DNA of 54,950 nucleotides, filler included, from Limisphaerales bacterium (GTDB lineage: Bacteria; Verrucomicrobiota; Verrucomicrobiia; Limisphaerales; SIBE01), in assembly GCA_044225505.1 (NCBI GenBank). It is 3 parts of 3 records of this genome, joined end to end, with 100 filler letters (N's around TTAATTAATTAA, not from the genome) between each part and the next. Parts side by side here need not be neighbours in the genome. Positions count along the whole stretch, not along the records: positions 36,697 to 54,950 come from JBGAIN010000162.1; 2 more parts are not named here. The stretch is one strand, 5' to 3'. Under the pieces are notes generated by a model. The model was not told where the DNA came from and did no database searches. It worked only from the letters and a program-made list of their open reading frames with translations. Positions 39,915 to 50,093 of the stretch are shown one piece after another (positions within the stretch are counted from its first letter, which is position 1; each line of letters begins with the position of its first letter). The position numbers and the translations under genes are program-made.

Positions 39915-41180
39915 ATGCAACGAGGACGGTGTCTGCGTTGGGCGTTAACACTGATCGAATTGTTGGTCCTGCTGGGGATTCCATCCAATGCTGGAGAATC
40001 GACGCGTTCGGCGGATTGGCCACAGTTCCTCGGCCCCGATCGCAACGGAACCTGCTTGGGGGCAGGCTTAGCCTCTTCGTGGCCAAAAGAGGGTCCCCGC
40101 GCCACTTGGCAAATGGACGTTGGCCGTGGATTTGCTGGGCCTTCTGTCCGTAGTGGAAAGTTGATCCTTTTTCATCGCTTGGAGGATCAGGAGACGATTG
40201 ATTGCCTCGATGCGACGAACGGACTCCCGACGTGGCGCTTTCAGTACCCGACGCTGTATCGTGATGATTTCGGGTTCGATCCGGGGCCGCGCGCGACGCC
40301 GACCATCGCGGAGGACCGAGTTTATGCCGTCGGCGCCGAAGGGCAGGTCCATTGCTTGGACTTCGCAACGGGAAAGTTGCTCTGGAACCTCAACGCCAAA
40401 GAACAATTTCAAGCTCCGAAGGGGTTCTTCGGCATTGCATGTTCTCCTCTGGTCCGTTCGGGAAAGGTTTATCTCAATATGGGAGGCAGTGAAGGTCGAG
40501 GGATTGTAGCGCTTGACAGCAATACGGGCCGACTCCTTTGGAAGGCGACCGATGACGAAGCGAGCTACGCGTCACCGGTTGCGCTGACATTGGCCGGGAA
40601 GCCTCAAGTTCTCTTTTTCACCCGCAGCCGTCTCATCGCACTCGACGAGAAGACTGGCTTGACGCGGTTTGATTTTCCTTGGCGAGCTCGGGCTCACGCG
40701 TCGGTGAACGCGGCCACGCCGTTAGTGATGGGTGACCTTATTTTTGTCTCCGCCAGCTATCAGACCGGGGCCGCGTTATTACGAGTGACGAACGGAGTTC
40801 CCCAAAAGGTTTGGTCCTCCGATGACGTGCTCTCGAATCATTACGCAACCAGCGTTCATCGAGACGGATTCCTCTACGGTTTCCACGGGCGTCAAGAGTA
40901 CGGTCAAAGCTTGCGGTGTGTCGAGCTGCTGACGGGCCAGGTGATTTGGAGCCAAGAGGGGTTTGGGGCAGGCTCGCTGATTGGGGCTGACAACACGTTG
41001 ATCGTTCTTAAAGAAGATGGCCAGCTCATTCTCGCCGCCGCTTCGTCAGACGGTTATCGCGAGCTTGGACGCGCACAGATCTTGCCATCCGGAGTTCGGG
41101 CATGTCCGGCCCTGGCCGATGGCAATCTCTATGCCCGGAGCAAGGACCGGCTTGTCTGTGTCAGCTTGCGCACTCCTTAA
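39915..41180 (+). CDS. PQQ-like beta-propeller protein (PVC type)
   Basis: DWPQFLGPDRNG and repeated xxDxxTGxxxW blades. Start at ATG 39915 or 39840. Confidence 0.9.
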   Translation: MQRGRCLRWALTLIELLVLLGIPSNAGESTRSADWPQFLGPDRNGTCLGAGLASSWPKEGPRATWQMDVGRGFAGPSVRSGKLILFHRLEDQETIDCLDATNGLPTWRFQYPTLYRDDFGFDPGPRATPTIAEDRVYAVGAEGQVHCLDFATGKLLWNLNAKEQFQAPKGFFGIACSPLVRSGKVYLNMGGSEGRGIVALDSNTGRLLWKATDDEASYASPVALTLAGKPQVLFFTRSRLIALDEKTGLTRFDFPWRARAHASVNAATPLVMGDLIFVSASYQTGAALLRVTNGVPQKVWSSDDVLSNHYATSVHRDGFLYGFHGRQEYGQSLRCVELLTGQVIWSQEGFGAGSLIGADNTLIVLKEDGQLILAAASSDGYRELGRAQILPSGVRACPALADGNLYARSKDRLVCVSLRTP

Positions 41181-41251
41181 CCTGCCGACAATCCAACTCA
41201 GAGACGGCCTTTCGATCGTTCCAGCTTCGAAAGGCCGCCCTTGACCGCTGA

Positions 41252-44224
41252 TTACTGCCGCACGCGATAGAACTTTTGCTGCCCGGACGGGGCAATCGAG
41301 AACGGACTAGCCGCCCCTTGAAGTTGAGTCCATGGACCGCTAATGCTGGACGCTTCTTCGAGTTGGCCGCCGCTTGACCATTCGACCACCACGTTTCCGG
41401 TCGCGCGTCGGACGGCCACGGTAGGCCCACCCACACTGGTTCCGAAATATTTGCTGTTCAGATAGGCCACGACCTGACCGCGAGTGACGTCGTTCAACCC
41501 TGCGTTGTAGATGATCAGCTCCGCAAGGGACCCTTTCAGGCGCGTGACGAAATCCGCCCGCGTTCCGATTAGAAGCGACGTTCCGGCATCATCTCCTGGA
41601 ACGCTGATAGTTCCCGTGCCTTTAACCGCATCGCCGTAGTAATGGGTCAGTTTTCCGGCGTTCAGTTCAAACCCGATGATGGCAAATTCGTTGGTCGGCA
41701 TGGGTTCGGACGCATCCGCGCTGCCGACGGCGGTGAAGCCGCCAAAAATCGCCCGCGGAACTCCGGAGTTCGGCAGCACGTAGTAATCGAACGGGCGTGG
41801 TTGACTTCCGTCGGTTTTCGACCATATGGCCCGGTAAGTGTCAAAATCCTCGACCTTCACGACGAAGAACGACGTTATATCTCGGGTCAGCCCAAGGGTG
41901 GCTGCTGCTGCGACCTGGAGGTAATCATCGTCCCCGTCGAAATGGATGGCGGGAAGCGCGTTCAAAACATTCGTTTGGAGGGTAGGCGCTTGGCTAGAAG
42001 CCAGGGGCGCAGCGTCGAACCCATGGCCGGAGAAATCCGCCCAGTTTGTTACAGAGCCGGACGCGTCTGTGGCGACACCAACGTCTGCACGCAGCCAGAG
42101 TCTTAAGGCCGCGGTGGCGGGCAACGGAATCGTCGTGGTCGAGTTGACGTGGATGGTCACAGGCGATGATGTGGTCTTGGTCCCCAGGTTATCAACCGCC
42201 ACGGCGGTCAGAACAATGTCACCCCCGAGAGAGAGACTGGCTTTCGCTTGGTACGGAGAGCTGGTTGTCGCCCCGATGAACGCACCGTCCGCAAAGAATT
42301 CGACTCGAGCGATGCCGCCATCCGGGTCGGACGCGGTGGCGGTCAACGTCACATTGGTAGGAGCATTGAACGAGCCGGAGGCTGCTGGAGCCGTCAGCGC
42401 GACGGTCGGAGGGTTGTTCGTCAGCTCGAGGATGGCAACGCCATACTTGCCACCAAGGTAAGACGCGATCGCGCTAGCGTCCGCCGCCGTGACTCCTCGA
42501 TCAAAGAGGAGCAGTTCTCCGATATGTCCGCGCATTTTGGTCACAAAATCGTCGCGCGTTCCGATCTTCAGATCGGATGCCGAATCCGTCGGGACTACTG
42601 TCACTTCTCCGCTGCCAAAGGGCTGGCCATTGACGTAGTGTGTCATCACGGTGCCAGTCTGGCTGAAGCCCAATAGAACGGGCGCATTGGTGGGAACACC
42701 GCCAGCACCATCCACAAACTGATTCACCCCGGTCTCATCACTGCCGCGGAAAACTCGGGGGATACCGCTGCTGGGCAAGAGGTAGTAGTCCGTGGGGCGG
42801 GGCACGTTGGCTGCGGTCTTGCCCCAGACCGCCCGGTAAGTGGCAAAATCGTCAAATCGAACCACAAAGAACGACGCGATGTCGCCTGTGATTGCGATGG
42901 AGGGTGAACTGGTCACGTTGAGGTAGTCATCGTCACCGTCAAAGTGCAACGCGGGTTTGCCACCTAACCCGGTTTCGCTGAAAACCGGGGCCATGGTCGT
43001 ATCCGCCTGGAGCGCATTGTTGCCTTGGCCCGACTGATCCGCCCAAGCTGTGACCAATCCGGTCGCGTCTTTGGTGATGCCGGAGTCTGCCTTGAGCCAC
43101 AGTTGGAGTCCATTCGTCACGGTTAAACTGGGATTCACGGTGCCAGAGGCAGTGACTGTGATCGGGGCGGAAGTGGCGGTTGCGTCTTTGTTATCGGTCG
43201 CGACGGCGGTAAATACAATTGTCCCAGGGGAATGCACGGCAACCAGTGCTTTGTATGGAGGTGCGGTGGCGGTGGCCACCAGGGAACCATTGGCGAAGAA
43301 GTCAACCTTGCTAATCGTGCCATCGCTATCCGTGGCGTTGGCGCTGATGGTTATTGTTCCGGGAATGGTGATAGATGAACTATCACTAGGTGCGGTCAAA
43401 GCGATCGTGGGCGGCTGATTGGTAATTCCATATTTGGTTTGGAGGTAATTGACGACATCGTTTCTTTCGTTGCCTGCCAAAGACTTGTCGTAGATTAACA
43501 GCTCAGCGATGTGGCCTTTCATCTTGGTGAACAAGTCGTCGCGGGAGCCAATCTTGAGAGGCGTGGCGCCATCGACTAAGGTCGCCGTTATTTCCCCTGA
43601 CCCCACCGGTTGGGTATTCAAATAATGCGTCAGTGTGGTTCCGGCCATCTGAAATCCCAGGATGCTGAAATTTCCTGCCCGCGGCCGGAAGGTTGAATCG
43701 ACTGCGCCAATATCCGAGACGTCACCACTGCCTCGGTAAACTCGCGGGGTGCCGGGAGGCGCTATATAATAGTCCGTCGAGGCTGGGATGTTCACCAAGG
43801 TTTTCCCCCAGACCGCGCGATAGTCCGCAAAATCATCAAACTCCACGACGAAGAACGACGAGATATCCCCTGTAATCTCAATGCTCGGTGCGCTCGCGAT
43901 GTCCAGGTAGTCGTTACTCCCATCGAAGTGAACGGCAGGTTTTCCGTTCAAGGCGGCGGCGGTGAAAGCGGGGGCCGCGGTCTCATCGGTTTGGGCTGCG
44001 TGGTTGCTTTTTCCGGATTGATCCGCCCACCCTGTGACGGCGCCGGTCGCATTCGTAGTGATGCCTGCATCGGCCTTTAGCCACAATTGAAGTCCATTGG
44101 TTGTGGTCAGGCTTTGAGCCTGGCTATCCAAGCTTGGTAATAGTCCCAAAGTCGCACAAAGAGCGGACAGCAGTCTGATGGTAGCCCGTCGGGTTCGTCG
44201 GGAAGGGGAATAGAATAAGTCCAT
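41252..44224 (-). CDS. Secreted protein with three LamG-like and two Ig-like domains
   Basis: Signal peptide; three LxLWLxADxG...WAD.SG...FDG.xDYL...IG.R.D...ELL repeats separated by PPT..LTAP...V.FFA.G domains; C-terminal GPW...KFYRVRQ. Confidence 0.85.
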   Translation of the reverse strand: MDLFYSPSRRTRRATIRLLSALCATLGLLPSLDSQAQSLTTTNGLQLWLKADAGITTNATGAVTGWADQSGKSNHAAQTDETAAPAFTAAALNGKPAVHFDGSNDYLDIASAPSIEITGDISSFFVVEFDDFADYRAVWGKTLVNIPASTDYYIAPPGTPRVYRGSGDVSDIGAVDSTFRPRAGNFSILGFQMAGTTLTHYLNTQPVGSGEITATLVDGATPLKIGSRDDLFTKMKGHIAELLIYDKSLAGNERNDVVNYLQTKYGITNQPPTIALTAPSDSSSITIPGTITISANATDSDGTISKVDFFANGSLVATATAPPYKALVAVHSPGTIVFTAVATDNKDATATSAPITVTASGTVNPSLTVTNGLQLWLKADSGITKDATGLVTAWADQSGQGNNALQADTTMAPVFSETGLGGKPALHFDGDDDYLNVTSSPSIAITGDIASFFVVRFDDFATYRAVWGKTAANVPRPTDYYLLPSSGIPRVFRGSDETGVNQFVDGAGGVPTNAPVLLGFSQTGTVMTHYVNGQPFGSGEVTVVPTDSASDLKIGTRDDFVTKMRGHIGELLLFDRGVTAADASAIASYLGGKYGVAILELTNNPPTVALTAPAASGSFNAPTNVTLTATASDPDGGIARVEFFADGAFIGATTSSPYQAKASLSLGGDIVLTAVAVDNLGTKTTSSPVTIHVNSTTTIPLPATAALRLWLRADVGVATDASGSVTNWADFSGHGFDAAPLASSQAPTLQTNVLNALPAIHFDGDDDYLQVAAAATLGLTRDITSFFVVKVEDFDTYRAIWSKTDGSQPRPFDYYVLPNSGVPRAIFGGFTAVGSADASEPMPTNEFAIIGFELNAGKLTHYYGDAVKGTGTISVPGDDAGTSLLIGTRADFVTRLKGSLAELIIYNAGLNDVTRGQVVAYLNSKYFGTSVGGPTVAVRRATGNVVVEWSSGGQLEEASSISGPWTQLQGAASPFSIAPSGQQKFYRVRQ

Positions 44225-44303
44225 GGCTTGTTGTATTTTTAGAAAAATAGCGCCCTCACAGCACGCTTTGCTCTGCAGAATTACGGGAACAGGAACTTGC
44301 CGT

Positions 44304-44334
44304 GTTACCTACTGGAAGCGGTAACGCCTGTCAA
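44304..44334 (-). promoter_or_regulatory. Putative promoter of the LamG/Ig gene with overlapping dyad
   Basis: Minus strand TTGACA-N17-TAGGTA; GTTACC-N10-GGTAAC at 44304-44325. Confidence 0.4.
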
Positions 44335-44500
44335 TCTGGAGTTGGCAGTTGCGGAAGGGAGAGTGACGAATCATCGGCCGCCGGCAACGCCGGAGCAGCT
44401 TGACGGTTGGAAGGCGGGCGCCGTCGGCTTAGAAATCCAGTCAGTCGCTCAATGCCTCCGGCGAGGAGCGACCTCAATGCAAACGAAGTCGGAGTTGGAG

Positions 44501-44527
44501 ATGGCGCGAGGGCGTTCCTCGCGCCAT
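44501..44527 (-). terminator. GC-rich hairpin downstream of the xylose-isomerase-like gene
   Basis: Perfect 11-bp stem ATGGCGCGAGG-N5-CCTCGCGCCAT, 27 nt after the stop. No U-tract, so it may be REP-like instead. Confidence 0.4.
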
Positions 44528-44554
44528 GGGGAAATGAGAGCAAAGCAACCGTGC

Positions 44555-45589
44555 TTACTTTCCGAGCAAATGCTCGATGACCATTTGATCCAGGGCGGCG
44601 TAGTTGCGATCAGCAATCAGTGCCTGAGCCTGTTTTTCGTCGAAAGCTCGAGCTTTTTCGAGAAGCGCGAGGAAGGTTCGGCGGCTATTCTCGAGATGGG
44701 CTAACCAGTGTTCCACTTTTGTCGGTCGGAATGGGTGGACATCGAAGCAGACATATTCTCCCTTGCTCCCGTACTGGTTGCGTTCAAGCGCTCGCACCTG
44801 GTTGAAGGCGCTTCGAAGGTTATTGCTTCCAAATGGCTTGTCCTGATCGAACTTGAGCCCGTTCTGATCATTCAAATGCAGGGACCAGAGCTTGTTGAAA
44901 GCCATCGCGAAATCAATTTCGTCCGATGGATCGAGTCCGGCCAGAATGGCGTGTGCTGTTTCAATCAAGCAGCCCACCCGTTTGGGATCGCGCGTCAGTT
45001 GAGCGACTGCCAAGGCGTGGCCAATGGTAGGAATGTAAGCCTGGTCCATCGGTTCATTCGGTTTCGGTTCGATGGCAATGCGGATTTTCTTGTCGTAAGC
45101 CAGCATTTGATCGATCGCCTCGACCAGCATCTCGACGGACCGGCGCCCGTTCTTGGACTCGCGGAGGTAACTGCCTTCCCGTGCCAACCAGAGAACGATG
45201 AGATCGGTATCGAGGACTTTTGCGATGTCGATGCAACGCAATGAGCGTTCGATCGCATACTTGCGGCATTTGCGGTCGTTGCTCGTGTATGCTCCGTCAA
45301 TCGTCATTGGGCTGAACCAAAGCCTGGGCGCGACCATCTCCGCGATGATGCCGGCATCGTCCAGTCGTTTTTTCAGCTGCTTGGCTTCCTGGCGCAACTG
45401 CTGATCTGATTTGCCGTCGATGTCCGGGACCGCGTCGTCGTCGTGGAACATCATGGCGTCGTAGCCGAGTTTTTTCAGCTGATCGAGCTTCCAGTCAAAG
45501 GTTTGAACGGGGCGCGTTGGCGGTCCGTAAGGATCAGCCCCTTCACTAATGTTCCAAGGGCCAAAGCAGAATTTGTATTTTGTAGGCAT
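44555..45589 (-). CDS. xylA: Xylose isomerase-like TIM barrel (class I-like)
   Basis: FHDDD, WLAREG, EPKPNEP, IETAH, FDQD, FD motifs; substrate not certain. Confidence 0.78.
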   Translation of the reverse strand: MPTKYKFCFGPWNISEGADPYGPPTRPVQTFDWKLDQLKKLGYDAMMFHDDDAVPDIDGKSDQQLRQEAKQLKKRLDDAGIIAEMVAPRLWFSPMTIDGAYTSNDRKCRKYAIERSLRCIDIAKVLDTDLIVLWLAREGSYLRESKNGRRSVEMLVEAIDQMLAYDKKIRIAIEPKPNEPMDQAYIPTIGHALAVAQLTRDPKRVGCLIETAHAILAGLDPSDEIDFAMAFNKLWSLHLNDQNGLKFDQDKPFGSNNLRSAFNQVRALERNQYGSKGEYVCFDVHPFRPTKVEHWLAHLENSRRTFLALLEKARAFDEKQAQALIADRNYAALDQMVIEHLLGK

Positions 45590-45809
45590 AGTTGGTTGAC
45601 CGATTCTAAACTCTTTGCGGACGATGAAAACTCCAAACTTCTCCTCGCTTTGACTTGGATGCCTCTCTTCGGCAGATTGGTGCTCATGTGTATCCGACCG
45701 AGCGAGGTAACTCCTCTATGAGCGCCGACCGTTCAAAATTTGCTAAGCGACCCTTTCCTGTTCGCACGATGTTGCCGTTTCCGGGAAATCTCGATCGTCT
45801 AAGCCTCGC

Positions 45810-47639
45810 TTGATGTCGCGCAAGATTTCGTCATCGTCCGAGGAAGACTCGGCGTTGCAAACTCGCTCCCGATCGACATGGGAGGTCGTGCGACGGGTCG
45901 CGGTGTTCCTAAAGTCCTACAAGCTTCTAGCCCTGGGCACGGTAGGGTGCGCCGTTCTGTCACTTGGCTTCGCGTTTGTTTACCCGAAACTGATTCAGTT
46001 CGTGATCGATGATGTCATCGGGCAGAAACGCCCGGACCAGCTGGTGCCAGCCATGATGGCGTTAATTGCTGCCTTACTTCTGCGCGACCTTTTCAACAGC
46101 CTGCGCATCCTGGTCAATAACACATTTGAACAAAATGTAATCTACGACATGCGGCGTGCCGTCTACGCACGATTGCAGCGCTTGCCCGCGGGCTATTTTG
46201 ACCATCGCGCTTCCGGGGACTTAATGACTCGAGTGATTGAAGATGTGAATTCGCTCGAGCGCGTGCTGATCGACGGCACGGAGCAGGGGACAGTAGCGAT
46301 TTTGAGCGTGGTTGGCGTGCTTGCCGTCTTGTTTTACACCAGCCCAGTCTTGGCCTGGGTTGCCTTAGTGCCAATGCCATTTCTAGTCGGAGGCGCACTG
46401 TGGTATACGCTCACGGCACATCGCCGCTATCGGGCTCAGCGCCGAGCTTCCAGTGCCATGAATGCGTTGCTCATGGATAATTTGCAGGGCGTTCGTCAAA
46501 TCAAGGCCTTTGGCCGTCAGCAGCACGAGGATCAGCGGTTTGCGCAACGGGCCGATGACTTGCGGCAAGGCACGCTGGGCGTAATGAAAATCTGGGCGCT
46601 CTATTCCCCGGCGATGAGCTTCGCAGGATCGCTCGGAATGGCTCTCGTCGTCTGGATTGGAGGTCAGCTCGTTCTATCCAATCAACTCACCCTCGGGGAG
46701 TTAGTTGGTTTCGGCTTTTACCTCGGTCTTTTCTACGAGCCGATCGCTCGGTTGCACGGGCTCAATCAGATGCTGCAGGCGGCTCGTGCCGCTGGCGAGC
46801 GCGTCTTTGATATTCTCGACGCGACTGAAGAGCGCGGCGGGGGGGCTCGTCGGCTTAAACTGAGCGAGCCTGTCCGCGGAGAAGTCATCTACGATCGCGT
46901 CGGTTTCGGCTACGCTCCGGACCGCAAGGTGCTTAAAGGGATTTCGCTCCACGCGCGTCCCGGACAGATGATTGCCCTCGTCGGACCGACCGGGTCAGGA
47001 AAATCAACGTTGGTAAATCTGCTCCCGGCCTTCTATGAGATAAACGAGGGCCAGATCCTAATCGACGGCCAAGATACAGCTCAGGTCTCGTTGGAGTCCT
47101 TGCGGTCGCAAATCGGGATTGTCAGTCAGGAACCGTTCCTTTTCAACGGAACCATTCGCGAGAACATCCTCTACGGCGACCTGACCGCGACCGACGAAGC
47201 GCTGCTCGCGGCTTCCCGTGCGGCGAACTGCCACGCGTTCATCGAGCGCTTGCCTGAAGGGTACGAGTCGCGAGTTGGGGAACGAGGAGTCAAGCTGAGT
47301 GTGGGAGAGAAGCAACGGGTAAGTATCGCGCGCGCGCTCCTCAAGAACGCGCCAATCCTCGTGTTGGATGAAGCCACTGCCAGTGTCGACACCGCGACCG
47401 AGCGGCTGATTCAAGAGGCTCTCGAGCGGCTCATGGCGCACCGAACGAGTTTCGTCATTGCCCATAGGCTGAGCACCATCCGCAAGGCAGACCAAATCCT
47501 AGTCATCCGCCACGGAGAGGTCGTGGAACGGGGGACTCACGAACAGTTACTGGCGCAAGACCAGCTCTACGCCAAGCTTGCTCGAATTCAGGACGTTCAG
47601 TTTGTGGAGCAAGGATTTGAGCGCCTCGCACCCGCCTAA
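45810..47639 (+). CDS. ABC exporter, fused permease/ATPase (MsbA/MdlB-like)
   Basis: Six-TM domain, GPTGSGKST, LSVGEKQR, LDEATASVD, IAHRLST. Confidence 0.95.
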   Translation: MMSRKISSSSEEDSALQTRSRSTWEVVRRVAVFLKSYKLLALGTVGCAVLSLGFAFVYPKLIQFVIDDVIGQKRPDQLVPAMMALIAALLLRDLFNSLRILVNNTFEQNVIYDMRRAVYARLQRLPAGYFDHRASGDLMTRVIEDVNSLERVLIDGTEQGTVAILSVVGVLAVLFYTSPVLAWVALVPMPFLVGGALWYTLTAHRRYRAQRRASSAMNALLMDNLQGVRQIKAFGRQQHEDQRFAQRADDLRQGTLGVMKIWALYSPAMSFAGSLGMALVVWIGGQLVLSNQLTLGELVGFGFYLGLFYEPIARLHGLNQMLQAARAAGERVFDILDATEERGGGARRLKLSEPVRGEVIYDRVGFGYAPDRKVLKGISLHARPGQMIALVGPTGSGKSTLVNLLPAFYEINEGQILIDGQDTAQVSLESLRSQIGIVSQEPFLFNGTIRENILYGDLTATDEALLAASRAANCHAFIERLPEGYESRVGERGVKLSVGEKQRVSIARALLKNAPILVLDEATASVDTATERLIQEALERLMAHRTSFVIAHRLSTIRKADQILVIRHGEVVERGTHEQLLAQDQLYAKLARIQDVQFVEQGFERLAPA

Positions 47640-47736
47640 CAGGGGGCAGGACGCATCAAATCCCCTCGTTGCAGCTGTAAGGCGTTGATAATCAGCGCTA
47701 ACTCGGTTGGTGACAATTGTCTCCAACGCTCCCGCT

Positions 47737-49860
47737 TTAGAGCAATTTCGCTAATTCCCGATGGTTGACTTTGCCCGTCCCTAATTTAGGGATTTCACGA
47801 AGATATTTGACTTCCCGTGGCACACACAGATTAGAGAAACCTTTGGCCTTCAGCACCGACCGCAGCTGATCAATCTGCAATTTGGGCTCGTTGGTAACGG
47901 CAACCAGCGCTTCGCCGCGGTCCTCGTCTGGCCTGCTAATCACAGCCACTTCACAGCGGAATCCAAACTCAGGACATGCTCCTGCCAACGCTTCTTCGAC
48001 CGCCGTCAGGCTGACCATTTCGCCGCTTACTTTGGCGAAACGTTTCAAGCGCCCGCGAATATGAACAAAACCCTCCGGGTCAATGCTGACGACGTCCCCG
48101 GTATCGTACCAACCTTCGAGAGACTTGAACTTGGCGTTCGCGTCCGCATTCAAATAGCCTTTCATGACATTCGGCCCGCGCACGAACAAGCGCCCGCCGT
48201 CCGTCACTCCTTCGATCGGTTCGAGCTTATACTCCATATCCGGCATGAAACGGCCAGCGGCGCCGTAGAGCGGTTCCATCGGCGTGTTGACCGTAATGCA
48301 CGGGCTGCATTCGGTGGCGCCATAGCCTTCCAGAATCCGAACGCCAAAACGCCGAGCCCAAGCATTTGCCGTCGTTTCCTGCAACTTTTCGGCTCCAGCG
48401 AACAGGAGGCGCAAGCTGCGAAAATCATACGGGTGAGCTTTGCGCGCGTAGCCGTTGAGAAAGGTGTTGGTTCCCAGCATGATGGTGCAAGCGCGGTCGT
48501 AGACGGCAACCGGCACAATTCGATAGTGGAGCGGCGAAGGATAGAGAAACACGTAGATGCCGCGAATCAGCGGCAATAACGTGCCGACGGTCAGGCCGAA
48601 GCTGTGGAAAAGCGGCAGTGAGTTGAACAGGCGATCATGGTCTTCAATGTCGATCATTGAAATCATCTGTCGGACGTTTGCCATGAGGTTGCGATGCGTC
48701 AGTTCCACTCCTTTCGGAACGCCTTCGGAGCCGCTCGTGAATAGAATCACGGCGGTTTCTGTATCCGAACCCGCCACTCCGGAGCCGGGCGCCAAGGTCT
48801 GTTTGAGTAACGCCAGGCCTCTGCTGAGGCCTCCGATGCGCGAGCGAATCTCTTCCAGGTAAACGATCTCTATCCCCACCTTGCGAAACGCGGCCAAGTC
48901 GAGTTTGGCGCGTTCCTCGAAGACGCGCGACGTAATGATGCGTTTGACACCCGCGAGTTGGGAACAAGCCAGCATGGTGGTGGTGCCGGTGGAAAAGTTA
49001 AGGATGGCAGGCACCTTCCGCGCCGACCATAAACTCAACACGGTGACGGGCATGGCGTTGACGTTGGGCAAGAGCACCCCAACGCGCTCTCCAGATTCAG
49101 GACCTAAAACCGCGCCCCATTGTTGCGCGAGAAGATTCGCCCCAACCATAAAGCGACGATAGTTGAGGCATTGTCGGGTGGCATCTTCGAGAATAAGATC
49201 ACGCGGACGACGTGCGGCCATGGCTGCGATGGCCGCAAGCGGAGTGGCAGGACCGTGCGTCATCTCCACTTCAAACTGCTGCTGACGCATTCGATCGAGC
49301 AGCCAGACGGTCAGGCGTCGGCGGGCCTCGCTAGTGCTGACGTGGGCCGGGATCGGTGGTGTCCACAGTTCACTAAAGTGCGCAGTGACTTTGGGAAACC
49401 ACTCCGTCCAGCCCTGGTGTCGCACCCAGCGGACACGGTTGGCGCCGCGAACATAACAGGTGATGACCTTCGCGTGAGTCTTGAAAAGAAGAAAGCCCGT
49501 GCCATCGAACAGCTTCATCAGCGATCCAGTGATCGAGATCCGTCCTTCGGCGAAAAGCACCAGCCGTCCTCCTCCGGCCAGGAATTCAGCCATCCGCTTT
49601 ACGGCGTAGGGTGAGCTGGTGTCGATTGGGAACGTCAGCCGGTTGGCCATGACCATTCGATGAAGCCAGCTCAACTGGGCAGTCACACTCGACGTCACAA
49701 ACTTCCAGTCCGAATCCAAGCAGACTCCGACAAACAACCAGTCCAACCAGGATGTATGGTTGGGGATGAGCAGCACTGGGCCAGGCGCTTGCAGGACCTT
49801 CTCGTTAAAAGCTGAGAAGCGGAAGAGGAAGCGTATAAGCCACCGAAGGATCGCTCTCAT
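47737..49860 (-). CDS. aas: Bifunctional 2-acyl-GPE acyltransferase / acyl-ACP synthetase (no MFS domain)
   Basis: NHTSWLD and FAEG acyltransferase motifs; FTSGSEGVPKGV, EGYGATE, WYDTGD, GKVN. Start at ATG 49860. Confidence 0.9.
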   Translation of the reverse strand: MRAILRWLIRFLFRFSAFNEKVLQAPGPVLLIPNHTSWLDWLFVGVCLDSDWKFVTSSVTAQLSWLHRMVMANRLTFPIDTSSPYAVKRMAEFLAGGGRLVLFAEGRISITGSLMKLFDGTGFLLFKTHAKVITCYVRGANRVRWVRHQGWTEWFPKVTAHFSELWTPPIPAHVSTSEARRRLTVWLLDRMRQQQFEVEMTHGPATPLAAIAAMAARRPRDLILEDATRQCLNYRRFMVGANLLAQQWGAVLGPESGERVGVLLPNVNAMPVTVLSLWSARKVPAILNFSTGTTTMLACSQLAGVKRIITSRVFEERAKLDLAAFRKVGIEIVYLEEIRSRIGGLSRGLALLKQTLAPGSGVAGSDTETAVILFTSGSEGVPKGVELTHRNLMANVRQMISMIDIEDHDRLFNSLPLFHSFGLTVGTLLPLIRGIYVFLYPSPLHYRIVPVAVYDRACTIMLGTNTFLNGYARKAHPYDFRSLRLLFAGAEKLQETTANAWARRFGVRILEGYGATECSPCITVNTPMEPLYGAAGRFMPDMEYKLEPIEGVTDGGRLFVRGPNVMKGYLNADANAKFKSLEGWYDTGDVVSIDPEGFVHIRGRLKRFAKVSGEMVSLTAVEEALAGACPEFGFRCEVAVISRPDEDRGEALVAVTNEPKLQIDQLRSVLKAKGFSNLCVPREVKYLREIPKLGTGKVNHRELAKLL

Positions 49861-50093
49861 AGTTCTCTCGCTGACAGAGTTGGCAACTTCAGGCTCACCC
49901 TTGGCACGTTCCAGGCCTCCAGGGCCGGACGGATGGCGCATCGTTCAGCGCAAAATGTCGGTGGACTCATTGCTGTTCGCTTACGGTTCACTCACAAACC
50001 CTGCTGGTGGGGTTCAAATAAACTGAAAGTGCGATCCTTGCCAATATTAAAGGCTTTTCCGGAGAGACGTCCGACGCTAATGCTGTTTCGGTA

